Assembly: GCF_006345805.1 (NCBI RefSeq)
Contig: NC_042999.1
Location: 144,832,001 to 144,896,000 of the forward strand
DNA length: 64,000 nt
Direction of reading: 5' to 3'
DNA from: Octopus sinensis
Lineage: Eukaryota
The notes under the pieces were generated by a model. That model saw nothing but the letters and a program-made list of their open reading frames with translations. It was not told where the DNA came from and made no database searches. The position numbers were made by a program, and so were the translations under genes. Below are positions 26,389 to 39,067 of this stretch, one piece after another (the first letter of the stretch is position 1; every line of letters starts with the position of its first letter).

Positions 26389-27672
26389 TTTTCTACCAGC
26401 TCTAATTCATAAACAAACTTACAGGTAGGATATTTGACCGAAATTATTGAATGACGTTGGTTGCTTCTTTAAGCTATTCGCACGAACACCACGCAGCTTT
26501 ACAGGAGGGGAGATAACCTTAAAAACATTACTGGCATAAAGACCCTCCCCGATGCAAAAATTTTAAGTTTCATTTTCAAATGTGAATTCCTTGAAAAACA
26601 TTTTCACTTTCGATTTCTTTGAAAAATAACATTTTCACTTTGCTCAGAACATTCAAAGTAAAACTAGTGACAAATCACTGCAATAATTTACATAATAGGT
26701 TTCTTTCTAAACAGTGTTTAATGCTTCTCAGAACACTTAACTGTTTACAAAGGTTGCTTAGATACTGATGCTGCAAGTTGCTCAGTTATTGAAGCATAAA
26801 ATAACCTTGTCGCGTGACTGTAGGTTGCTAACTTGTATGGATAATAAATGAGTAAATAATTCTAATTTTAGAACAAGGCCAACAATTTTGAAGGGATGGT
26901 AGGAGACTCCAGTACTTAACTGGTTCTATATCTTATCGATCCTGAAAGGAAGAAAACCAAAATTGACCTCAAAAGAGTTTGAACCTGGAATAAAGAGCCG
27001 GAAGAAATGTTACTAAACATTCTGTCTGACACGCTAACGATCCTTCCAGCTCGTTTTCTTAGTAAATGGATAAATAATGGCATTTGAGTAAGAGTGTTGA
27101 TTAAAGAAACAAGGACGGGAAACAGATTTTAATGATCATGAGATACAATTTTTTTGGATCTTTTCAAATTTGTGGCCAGGACCCCAGATCTTTCTAGTTA
27201 ACTAAATAATTTGAAACTTTGTGTACTCATAGAGTGGAACTAGTTTATTCGCCAGTTGGAACTAGTTTATTTGAGAAAAATCTATTTTATGACTTTAATC
27301 GTAGATTAAAACTGCGAATTTTAACCAATGAGTTTGCTTGTTTTCATATCTAAAACGTTCTGCGATCTGTTAGTGTGACGTTGAAAGCAGTTTTGTGACG
27401 TCTGCTATTTCTAAAAAGCTTTGTGTGTGGTAAAGTAATTTTTTTACTTTACCATATTTTTATAAATTATATCGGAGAATCCATATTTTTATAACATATA
27501 TCGGAGAATCCAAGTGATTTTTCGTTGTTTTTCTCTTATACGTATGTGAATTATTTCTGAGTATGCATTGTCTGGGAGACTTTTTCTTGCAGTTGAGAAA
27601 TTTTTGGCTGCTATTTCTAAAAAGCTCGGTGTGTGGTTAAGTAATTTTTTTACTTTACCATATTTTTATAAA

Positions 27673-27709
<37 letters not shown>

Positions 27710-28354
27710 TTACTCGGTGTATGTGTATATGTATGTCTGCATGTGTGTGTGTATGTATGTGTGTGTGTGTGTGTGTGTAAGTATGTGTAAAAAATTACAT
27801 TGAATCGGCCATACATACATACACAGATACATACACACATACATTCAGGCATATACACATACACCGAGTAAAAAATTTCAGTTATCTCTCTCTTTCACAC
27901 ATTACTCTCTCTGTCTCTTCACACACACTAGCAGAAGCACTTCACTTACACAACATACTGTCTCCCACACCCCATCAAACACACACACACACACATGTAC
28001 ATCAATGCTTCCCCTAGACGGTAACTTCAAAGACAAACTTTTGTTATTAGAAGGTGGCTGACTATAGCTTGTTTACATTTAAGATGTTTAATACGTCACG
28101 AAATTGGTGGTCGAGACGGAGTAAATAAAATAAAGCCGAATGACGGAATATCATTGGTTAAAATTCTAATTATTAAACAACGTTAAACTTAGAAGTTACA
28201 ATTCCGTTTTCATTCTGGAAAAATTTGAAAAAACTGGCTTCAGAATAGAAAAGATCCATTTTTTTTCACAAAATTTATGAGTTGTTTTCTTAAGACTGCA
28301 ATGATGCATATCTCGCGGGCCAGACCTTGTTCAAATTTGATTTTTTTAAAATTA

Positions 28355-28695
28355 TATTCTTTTACTTGTCATTTGACTGCCGCCATGCTGGAGCACTGCC
28401 TTCAGTCGAGCAAATCGACCCTAGAGCTTATTCTTTGTAAGCCTAGTACTTATTCTATCCGTCACTTTTGCCGAACCGCTACGTTACGGAAACGTAAACA
28501 CACCAGCATCGGTTGTCAAGCGATGTTGGGGGGACAAACACAAACACACAACCATATACACACATATATATATATATATATATGACGGGATTCTTCCAGT
28601 TTCCATCTACCAAATCCACTCACAAGGCTTTGGTCGGCCCGAGGCTATAGTAGAAAACATTTGCCCAAGGTGCCACCTAGTGGGACTGAACCCAC
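28355..28695 (-). mobile_element. tRNA-derived SINE (head-truncated)
   Basis: Reverse complement of the 11263-11655 family. It abuts a plus-strand head of the same family at 28700-28850. Confidence 0.75.
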
Positions 28696-28854
28696 GTGCA
28701 GGCGTGGCTGTGTGGTAAGAAGCTTGCTTCCCAACATGATTCTGGGTTCAGTTCCACTGCGTGGCAACTTGGGCAAGTATTTTCTGCAGTCTCAAGCCAA
28801 CCCAAGCCATGTGAGTGGGTTTGGTAGACTGAAACTGAAAGGAGCCCATCATAT

Positions 28855-29720
28855 ATATATCATCATCATCGTTTAACGCCCGTTGTCGATGCTGGCATGG
28901 GATGGACAGTTTGACCAGGCCTGGCAAACTGGAAGGCTGCACCAGACTCCAGTCTGTTTTGGCATGGTTTCTACAGCTAGATGCCCTTCCTAATGCCAAC
29001 CACTCCGAGAATGTAATGAGTGCTTTTATGTGCCACTGGCACGGGTGCCATTTGCATGACACCAGTATCTGCAATGACTGCAGTTTTACTTGGCTTGATG
29101 GGTCTTCTTCTCAAGCACAAAATAATGCCAAATGGTCTCAGTCCTTGTTTCTGTGAGACACAATGCTCAAAAGGTACTTTTACGTGATACTAGTACACGA
29201 GTCATTTGCGTGACACCCGTTTCTGCCATGACTGCGATTTTACTTGGTTTGATGGGTTTTCTTCTCAAGCACAACATAATGCCAAAGGTCTTGGTAATTG
29301 CCTCTGTGCAAAAGGAGCTCAACCACTTTGCCTCCATGAGGCTCAATGCTTGAAAAATGCTTTTTATGTGCCACCTGCATGGGTGTCAGTTACATGACAC
29401 CAGCATCAGTCACGACTGCAATTTCACTTAGCTTGGCGAGTCTTTTCAAGGTCTCGGTAACTAGTCATTGCCTCCATGAGGCCCAAAGTTCATAGATCAT
29501 GCTTCACCACCTCATCCCATGTCTTCTTGAGTCTACCTCAACCACAGGCACTTCTTTACACAACTGTCCTCATCCAGACACATCACACCAGTGCATTCAT
29601 CTCTCTTGCACACTACATCTGATGCTTCTTATGCCTAACTTTTCATGCACAGCTGAGTTCAAGGTCAATCTGTGCCAAACAGCTTCATTGTGTACTTTAG
29701 CTTTGTTACTATGACAACAG
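28855..29720 (-). mobile_element. RTE LINE 3' end
   Basis: (cat)n tail and the shared 'ggatgcccttcctaatgccaaccactcc' 3' UTR. 29500-29600 is the reverse of the [11 protein letters not shown] motif. Confidence 0.7.
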
Positions 29721-30371
29721 TCCGGATACTTATTGATCAGACCATGTAGTTAAATAGTTATCTTCATTGAAGGTACACCACTCTTAATACTCCTCACCAC
29801 CTTCCAGTTTATAAATGTATTTTCAGAAATTGTGAACAATTCTCATAGCAAATTTTCTTTGATCTCCTCTATCATCTGAAACTGGCAACCTTCCAGAGTG
29901 GTCTAACTTTAGGAACAAAAAAATATCTACCACCCAATTCTAGATATGAGGCCAGCTTGGGGATGAGTAATCTTGTCTTTTATCAAGTTACAGACAAGAA
30001 GAGGCAAAGGTTGTAGTGCTGCATCCAGGTTGTGTTTGTCTTGGGCTTTTTCCTTCATCTTACCTCTAGAGATTCAAATAGTTCTTTACAGATTATCTGA
30101 CCATGAGGAACAAACTTATAAAGAATGATGCCATACTGATAAGAAAAAAAAAGGCAATCAACATCAGCTTCCTATCTGAATGACAATGACTTCTTTCTTG
30201 CTTTGAGATTGAAGCCATATACACATATATTCATGTCACCTGTTGATTTTTGAAAGCTGTCATGAGTATTCAAATGATGAAACAGCTCCTGATTGACTGA
30301 TTCAATTCTCTTTTTATTTATCTATCAGCAGATGCAGCACAAATTTTGTGGCAGTGTGAAACATCTTTTAA

Positions 30372-30548
30372 CCCTTTAGCATCTACACCAGCCACATCTG
30401 ACCTAAATATTCTACCTCTTACACTTAGCCTTCAATGTCATTCCAATCAAATTATCAAAATCTTGAAGCCACAAGGTAATACATGATAAATTCAAAACAA
30501 TGAATAAACAAGTATTACAGTTGAGAGTGTAATCTGAATGCTAAAGGG
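30372..30548. mobile_element. piggyBac-type MITE
   Basis: TTAA|ccctttagcat ... atgctaaaggg|TTAA. Confidence 0.75.
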
Positions 30549-31589
30549 TTAAGCTCGTATGAAAAACAATTTTACAGTTTCTATGCAGTTTTAGTGAAAA
30601 CCTCAAAATACAGGATGCAAATGTAAAGTAAATATAAATTCCACTCAATTCCTGAGAGTTTTTCTTTTAAAAAAAGACTGTTACTTAGCAACATTTTCAT
30701 GGTATTAAACAGATGGTATTTGCATCCTGTCCCCTGCAGGGTAAAATGCAAACAATCTTCCTAGATAATGCGGTACCAATTCTTTCCAACAAGGTGAAAC
30801 TAATACAATATAGGAATAAATGTATTGCCCAGAAGCATGAAATAATAATGGATCTTAACTCATGGTCTATGAGTAGGTAATCTAATGTTATCCACTTGAA
30901 TCATCCTGCCTCTACAAGCTACAGGATACCATGATTACAAAGTTACTATAAGAATAATGTCCTACACTATTGGTTCACTTTCTGTTTAGTCCATGTCAGT
31001 GGTATTGAATTAAAAATAAGAACTAGTAAAGGACTGGAAGTTTTTATACTGACTATAATAGCATTCACCTATGAAAAAGAATGAAAAGAAATCATTTTAT
31101 TTAACTTCCACTATTTATTGTTTAATGTTCAAATAACATCAAAATGAAATAACAAGTAAAGCCTATGACACCATAAATGAGAACAAATAAAATATCATAT
31201 TTACTCATAAAAAATGCGCGAAATTTAATTATAAACATCAAGGTCAAAACTTGGTGGCAGTAGCATTAAAGTCAAATGGTTAAAAAAATGCTGAGAAAAT
31301 AAAATATATCGCTGACTTTTTTGGTAGGGGCCTGCATCATATTTGAGATTGCATTGTACATGAATATATATGGCAGTTAAAAATCACCCTCATTCTCTCA
31401 TTATCAGTACCAAAAGCACTGAACTTTTCTTTCCTTCTAAGTTATTGGTTTCATTTTTCTGCTTCACTCCTTGTGGACAGATTAACACACTGACATACAT
31501 ACATCAACTGGTTTTACCAACTCTGACACATGCTCTGATGTAGAGATAAGTTTTCTGAAAAATGATATCAGGATGTCATTTTATATTCT

Positions 31590-31950
31590 CATCATCATCA
31601 TCGTTTGACATACTCCTTCCATGCTGGTAGTGGTTGGATGGTTTGACAGCTGGCCAGGCAGGAGTCTGCACTATGCTTCTATATCAGTTTTGGCATGGCT
31701 TTTACGACTGGATGCCCTTCCTAACACCAACCTGTCCATAGAGTTGGCTGAGTACTTTTTATGTGACACTCACACAGGCAGGGTCAGTTCTGAAATGGTT
31801 TTTACAGCTGGATGCCCTTCCAAATGCCAACCACTTTACAGTGTGGACTGAGTGCTTTTTAAGTGGCACCTGCACTGGTAGGGTCACCAAGTAACTTTGT
31901 GAGACAAGGGACATTGGAGGTGATCTTGTATCATATGAAAGGTTATAGCA
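31590..31950 (-). mobile_element. RTE-tail repeat (3' UTR fragment)
   Basis: (cat)n tail plus the 'ggatgcccttcc...aaccac...gtgctttt' motif. Confidence 0.6.
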
Positions 31951-33675
31951 AGACAGACAAAAACAGGTGTCTTGTTGTAGGGGAGGTACTTGGTTACCCA
32001 GCCAGAGATGGAGAGAGAGAAAGAGTTAACAAGAGGGCAGAAACAGTTGTGTTACTAAAGCAGAGGGACATGGTTACTTAGAGAGAGAGAAGATACATGG
32101 TTATCTAGCCAGCAGTAAGAGTAAAAGGAAGGAGAGAGAGTGATCAAGAATGAGGGCAAAAATAGGTTTGTTGCTGTAGAGGAGATACATGATTACTCAG
32201 CCAGAGGGAAGAGGAAGGGAAAGAGAGAGTAGGAGAGGGATATTGGTAAGTGCCAAGATATACTCACAAGGAATGGGAATCAGGGAATAGACAGGATAGT
32301 AGAGTAAGTAAGAGAGAGATGAATGGTAGCAGGGTATTGCCAAGAAGTTGTAAGTAGGGAGTGGGGATAATAATCTGGGTATATAGAGGGAGGGGATGGG
32401 GGAAGCAACATAGTGAGGACTGGATTGAGGAGTGAGAGATAATCATAGTGTATGAAGAAGAAATGTGAGGAGGCGAAGAGAAACAGTTTGGGAAAGGTGG
32501 GGGATGTAGTTTGGTTTGCTGGAGTAGTGTGTGTAAAATTTTTAGTTACATGTGGGTGGAACATGTTTCTAGAACTCAGGCTTGCTGATGTGGGTGGATC
32601 TTCTCTAGAACCTCATTTCATCCACAAGCCCCAACATCCTGAGATCAGTCCTCACCACTTCATCCCGTCTTCCTCTTCCACAGGTGCCATCCACTATCAG
32701 TGACAGCACTTCGTTATATAGTTGCCTTTATTCATACGCATCTCATCCAAACCAACATAGTCTTCTCTCTTGCATACTGCATTTGATTCCTCTTATGCCT
32801 AACTTTTCTCTGAACACATTTGCACTTTATCATTCATGCACACATTCATGTTACACATCCAGCAGAGTATACTGCCTTAATTCCTCTCTAGTCTATGTAT
32901 GTCCTCTACATTCAGAGGCCAGGTCTCACTACCATGGAGTATAGCCGTTCATACACAAGCATCATACAGTCTACCTTTCATTCTGAAAGACAGTCCTTTT
33001 GTGTGTTGCCAACAGAGGTAATAGCTCTCTGAACTTTCTCCATCCTATTCGTATTCTAGAGACAATACTTTCAGAGCATCCATCCCCATTGCTAATTTAG
33101 TCACCTACATAACAGAAACTATCTACTACCTCAAGAGAGCCTCCTGAACATTTGAGAGAGTCTAAGTCCCGTGTGCTCTTAGTGCTTATTGTTCCTATCT
33201 GCCACACTCAAAGGTCTCAGTAGAAACTTATATTTATTATCACTACTTCACTACTCATTTCTTCCTCTTTGCTGAAACTCAAAATTTGTATCAATGTAAA
33301 TAAAAGTTAAAAAGCAAAAATGTTAATAAATTAATATACACCTAAAAACTTTTGAATTTTTATCTCGTTTAAAGTTCGATGCCATTAATGATTATTTCCA
33401 GAAACACAGAAATACATATTTAAACACAAAATATTTTATGAATTAATTGCAAAGCCTCTATACAGTCATTCAACATGCTTGAAACAGCAGCCAAATTTCA
33501 TTCCACTCACACTGTATAGATCTGCTTGATTAGAGATGGCCTAAATTTAATAAAAACAATAGCCATATTCTTACTTACATAAGCACCTATATGAACTGAA
33601 AGAAAATCATTGAAATGAAATACTGATATGTTCTGAAAGACAAAATCTGAACCCCAATTTTTTTTTTTTCATGTG

Positions 33676-33713
<38 letters not shown>

Positions 33714-33714
33714 T

Positions 33715-34612
33715 ATATTCGTGCCGGTGGCACGTAAAAGCACTCACTACACTCAGAGTGGTTGGCCTTAGGAAGGGCATCCAGCTGTAGAAACTCTGCC
33801 GGATCAGATTGGAGCCTGGTGCAACCATCTGGTTCACCAGTCCTTAGTCAAATCATCCAACCCATGCTAGTGTAGCAATATTGTTTTCTTCGTTGCTATC
33901 TTCACTGTTTGAGAGAAATATTAAGAATGATCTCGTTTGAGATTACAAACATCTTTGGCTAGTTTAACGGTGTTGTGTCCACTATTCTGATTGGTTAGCA
34001 TCTAAGCGCGGTCTGTCTCTCTACTTACTTCGCGCCAGTGTGTAAACTGACCAATCACGGCCTTTGGTTAAGGTCCCATTTCCTAGGCTCTGTTGAGCCA
34101 CCTTACTTGTATATAAGGGAGTGTTTTCAGTATACTTGCGTCTTTGGTTCCAGTTCTTCTAAGAACTAACTTTAGACCACAGCGCTACTCAACCAAGCGA
34201 TATACGATTGTTCCTGCTACCACTAGCTACGACGCTAATATACATAATCACAGAAAGCCTACTATCTTCGCCGTCTCCACCATCATGTATCAACTTCAAG
34301 TCGTTTCCAACGTCTTCGCCATATGAACAGTAAACCAATTTCCATTATATATTTTATGTTCTGTACCCTTCTATGCCAAACGAACACAGACACAAACACG
34401 TGTTGCATGCGCACACGCGTGTTAACGCTTACAAACTCCTAACATTGACACGGTTGTAAAATAAATATTTATCTCTCCACAGCAAGACTTGTCGTCAATT
34501 CACTTATGTTCTGTTGTTACTGCATGTATTTATGGCTTGTAATAATTCGTTAAGAATATGACTAATATTGCTTACACTAGCATGGAAAGCGGACGTATGA
34601 TGATGATGATAT
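33715..34612 (+). mobile_element. RTE-tail repeat interrupted by a solo LTR
   Basis: '...caacccatgCTAG' resumes as 'CTAGcatggaaagcggacgt(atg)n' after the insert. Confidence 0.7.
33871..34576 (+). mobile_element. Solo LTR (probably Gypsy-type)
   Basis: TG...CA ends with terminal inverted repeat tgtagcaatatt / aatattgcttaca and 4-bp TSD CTAG. It contains CCAAT boxes (ctgattgg, accaatca), TATA (tatataaggg ~34110) and AATAAA (~34460). Confidence 0.8.
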
Positions 34613-36030
34613 ATATATGGAACCTGGTGTGGCTCCAAGTCTTACTAGCTCCTGTCAAACTATGCCAACATGGAAAACAGATATTAAAGGATGATCTCCC
34701 TCAAATCTCATTTAACAGGGAAAATAAAAATTTACAAAGAAATGACAAAACTCAACACAAAACATTACATTTCCCCTACCTGTTTTTGTTTATATGCCAC
34801 AAAATCTTTTTTATTTTATTATTTATGATGATGATGATGATGATGATATAGTTTTCATTATTTTTGTTCCAACACCATTTGAGAAACAAATACCAACACT
34901 CTCAAAGAACCACATGTAATAATCAATGGCGAAATGCTAAGTGTATGTATAGCAGATAATTTTTAACACAGATCTGACAATGGACAAATATTATCTTAGT
35001 GACACGAAGAGAATCCAGCTGCTCCATATAAACTTTTTAACCCATCCAAGCATGGAAAAGTGGATATTAAAACAAAGTTGAAGTTAATAGGCACAAATCC
35101 ACAAAAGTTGGTAGAAGGGTGTACTGATTTAATTAAACCAATACTTAATTGGTATTTATTTTATCAGCTTCAAGAAGCATAAAATGTGAAGTCAGCTTCA
35201 AGGAAATTTGAACTCCACCCTTTTATTATATTAAAATATTTACACAATTTACTATGCATTGCACATACATTATGTAAAGTAGTTTCAAAACAATAACAAA
35301 ACACTGCACATATTCACTGTACCCAAAGCTTGAATGATTTTGCAGTGAAAACAATAACAAAACAACTGAATAGCAGTCAAATAATTTCAGTTATTGGTCT
35401 TACAAAACATGATACAACATGATAAGTATTGCACTTGAACCTAAAACAGTTCATATCTTCAGTTTTAATAGAATGTTATCTAGAATATGAAGGTGTCACA
35501 TGACCTAAAATTTGCAAGATTGATTCCTGGATTGAGAGGTGTGTTGCGTCACTGAGTAATGCATTTCATTTCATGGTTGCTTCAATTTATTCAGTTGAAA
35601 ATCAGAACCAGTTAAGTGGTAGTACAGCACTTTCTTCCTCCAGCAGTGATATCCTTGATGTTTTCCTGTGTTAACATGTGTTAAGGATAAAAGTGTGTCT
35701 ATGTCAGCTTCCAACTACACAAACATCTAAAACAATTAGCAAAACCATGGTACCTGGTCGTACTCACTTGTGTTACAGTTATGGTTTTTCTTAACTAGAA
35801 ATCAAAACTATAAAAAGCAAGATTAAAATGATTTCACTTAAATAATAACAATATTACAGCAGATGTAACAAGTTAACATTTTTTGTGTGTATGGCTGTGT
35901 GTGTGTGTGATAGAGAGAGAGAGAGAGAGAGTGTGTGTGTGTGTGTGTACATGTGCGAATGTTAAATATGTACATATAAGCATTAAACCCATATCTTAAT
36001 TTCAAGCTGCCTTTTAAGAGTAGTTACCTA

Positions 36031-36865
36031 TATATATATATATATATTATATATATATATATATCTTTATATATATATATTAATCTTAACATTTTCTGAT
36101 AACTACTCATGCACAGTATAAGCATATGTTATATATGTATATATGTACCCTAATGTTTATCTGAAATACTGGTATCTCTGAAAAAAGTTTATTTACATCT
36201 GAACTCCAGAAAAATATTTTGTAGATGGATTTCAGATGTTGCTTTAAAAACTGCAATGCTATGCATTAGTTAAAGCAATAAATTGGGTATTTTTTAAAGC
36301 CAGAAGCCAAGAAATAAACACCATTATTATGTGGATGCTTCGAGGAAATTTGTTGCCTTATTCAAAACCAGAGCAAGTGTACTTAGATATGAATGAACAT
36401 ATAAACAAGGAGCTGATTTTAAATAGTTATGTAAAATCAAAACACACACACACACATATATATATATATTATATATATATATATATATCTTTATATATAT
36501 ATATTAATCTTAACATTTTCTGATAACTACTCATGCACAGTATAAGCATATGTTATATATGTATATATGTACCCTAATGTTTATCTGAAATACTGGTATC
36601 TCTGAAAAAAGTTTATTTACATCTGAACTCCAGAAAAATATTTTGTAGATGGATTTCAGATGTTGCTTTAAAAACTGCAATGCTATGCATTAGTTAAAGC
36701 AATAAATTGGGTATTTTTTAAAGCCAGAAGCCAAGAAATAAACACCATTATTATGTGGATGCTTCGAGGAAATTTGTTGCCTTATTCAAAACCAGAGCAA
36801 GTGTACTTAGATATGAATGAACATATAAACAAGGAGCTGATTTTAAATAGTTATGTAAAATCAAA

Positions 36866-36890
<25 letters not shown>
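36031..36890. repeat. Tandem duplication, 424-bp period
   Basis: The sequence starting 'taatcttaacattttctg' at 36081 recurs at 36505 and is apparently identical through to the (CA)(TA) run. Confidence 0.9.
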
Positions 36891-36912
<22 letters not shown>

Positions 36913-37057
36913 AAAAGCAATAAAGATTCAAGTTAATTTAAATGAATTTACTTGAATATGGTACCTAACTTAGATGCACCAAAAAACTATACGGTTTTAA
37001 CAATACAGTAATGTGGGGTGATTATAAGCGAGAAAGAAGCAACAAGAATGGATAGGT

Positions 37058-37148
37058 TTTTAGTACAATCGTTTCATACAAGGACAGGCTTTATTAAAAG
37101 TTGCAAAAATTGCAGCATATAAACGTGTCCCGTACTCATCAGCTAAAA
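37058..37148 (-). ncRNA. Type I hammerhead ribozyme (left inverted pLTR copy)
   Basis: Minus strand reads ttttag-CTGATGA-gtacgggac[...]gtccttgtat-GAAA-cgattg-TA-ctaaaa. Stem I (ttttag/ctaaaa) is perfect and the core is canonical. Confidence 0.8.
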
Positions 37149-37487
37149 TACATGTGAGTTCTCTAGACATCCTAGTGGTTGAGGCTATACTCATGAAGTA
37201 ATGTAGATAATTAAGTAACATAAACAGATTTCCAAAGTTCATTAAAGTTCTTTAAAGATGATGTACAGTTTTATCACAGAATTTTAAAAAAGTTTTAATA
37301 GCATCACAGAGAAGGTGACTTAATCCATAGTGTACATATGAATTTCCAGAGATATGAGGAGGGATTACATACTCACAGACGACAAATTTATCCATTGCTA
37401 ATCACAACGAGGTGGGTCTCAATTCCTGCTTATTAGCATTACTCTAGTATTTCCCCTATCTTACTCAACAAATCACTAATATTTGCC

Positions 37488-38477
37488 ATGAATCGCTCCC
37501 TCATATCTAGAGAAGAAATCAATATTGTGCTACTAGCTAGGAAGACATTTATAGAATTTGAAGATAAATTATGGACTAGAGCAGATACACCTAATTATTT
37601 TGATATACTAATGGGTTCCAGTGATTCGGCTGAGGTAACCAACCTAGTAGGCGCATATCTATTAAAATGCATAAGCAAGGATATCCCAGAAATACAGGGG
37701 GGTCTATATAGGGATGATGCTCTGTTTGTTATCCCTAGTAATAATAAATCTGTTATAGAAAGGATTAGAAAGAAAATTAATAAGTTCTTTAAGGATTCCA
37801 ACCTCAGTATAACGTATGAACCGGGCACTAAAATAGTTAACTTCCTAGATATTACGCTAGACCTTAACTCCAAGCTGCATTACCCATTTAGAAAGGAAGG
37901 CGAAATCACGAATTACGTAAATAAATTATCAAATCACCCCCCAAATATAATTGAATCTTTAGTAAGAAATATTTCATTAAGAATTTCAAAATTATCATCC
38001 AATAAGGATATATTTAACTCCCATTCTGAGCATTATAATGTGGCGTTAACTAAGGCTGGATACAACCAAAAGATTACATTCGTTGATAAGGAAAACTCAC
38101 GTATTCCTAATAAAGAAGTTATCAGTAATCACATAAGCAGCAATACAGACCAAGCCCGAAATAAAAGTAGAATTAAATTAACGGTAAACGCTAATCTAAC
38201 GTACAGGCCCAACAATTCAAATAGAAGCATTGACCAGAACATAGGTAACTCGGATAATATCGAAGTAGATAAACCAAAGATGCACACAAATAAAAATAAA
38301 AATAATGGTAATAAATACAATAACTCCGGTGAGATGAATAGTAATAATTCTACGAACCCTAAATTTAATAAAAAAGATATAATATGGCTGAATATTCCTT
38401 TCAACTGTGCGATACAATCGGATATACAGAACAAATTCAAAGTAATTCTGGAAAAAAAATTTCCCAATCTCTCATAG
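37488..38477 (+). CDS. Penelope-like reverse transcriptase (N-truncated; frameshift at 3' end)
   Basis: Motifs FDILMGSSDSAEVTNLVG, GLYRDDAL, VNFLDITLDL, SNHPPNII and IIWLNIPFN. The frame is open upstream to ~37437 (YSSISPILLNKSLIFA), where the inverted copy joins. Confidence 0.9.
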   Translation: MNRSLISREEINIVLLARKTFIEFEDKLWTRADTPNYFDILMGSSDSAEVTNLVGAYLLKCISKDIPEIQGGLYRDDALFVIPSNNKSVIERIRKKINKFFKDSNLSITYEPGTKIVNFLDITLDLNSKLHYPFRKEGEITNYVNKLSNHPPNIIESLVRNISLRISKLSSNKDIFNSHSEHYNVALTKAGYNQKITFVDKENSRIPNKEVISNHISSNTDQARNKSRIKLTVNANLTYRPNNSNRSIDQNIGNSDNIEVDKPKMHTNKNKNNGNKYNNSGEMNSNNSTNPKFNKKDIIWLNIPFNCAIQSDIQNKFKVILEKKFPNLS

Positions 38478-39012
38478 ATATCATAGAATTATTTCTAGGA
38501 AAACAGTTAGGATTTCTTATTCAACCCTCCCAAATATGTCCACTTTAATAGCTAAGATTAATAATAACAACATTAAACTAGCCAGGAAAGATAGAAATAA
38601 AAATAATAATATCAGCATGAATACCAATAGCAATTATAATAATACTACCAACAATAAAAACAGCAATAGTAACTATCAAAACATGGGTGAAATTAGTAAC
38701 CACAGAATGACTAATAACATTAACATTAATAGTAATAATAACAATACCGATATTAATAGAAGTAATAATGTTAATAATAGAAATAATAGAAATAAGGCTA
38801 ATGGAGAAAATAAGGAGAATGAAAATATCAGTGATATCTATAACAACAATATGCAGTCGGATAAAAAGACTAACAATAATAGTAACATTACCAATAATAT
38901 AAGAAATCATGGTAGGACTTTAGACCTAAAAGATGAAACAGAAGGATCAATAAATAATAGCAATACTTTAGATATCAGCACCAACTATAGAAATATTAAT
39001 AAATCAAAATAA
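38461..39012 (+). CDS. Penelope-like RT-endonuclease linker with Asn-rich expansion (frameshifted segment)
   Basis: The frame from 38461 reads FPISHRYHRIISRKTVRISYSTLPNMSTLIAKINN, the typical PLE linker, followed by an N-rich low-complexity stretch. Confidence 0.7.
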   Translation, partial: FPISHRYHRIISRKTVRISYSTLPNMSTLIAKINNNNIKLARKDRNKNNNISMNTNSNYNNTTNNKNSNSNYQNMGEISNHRMTNNININSNNNNTDINRSNNVNNRNNRNKANGENKENENISDIYNNNMQSDKKTNNNSNITNNIRNHGRTLDLKDETEGSINNSNTLDISTNYRNINKSK

Positions 39013-39067
39013 TAGGAACCTAAGACATCTACCCAAGAATAATCCAAAACCTGAAGTTGTTCCTCCT

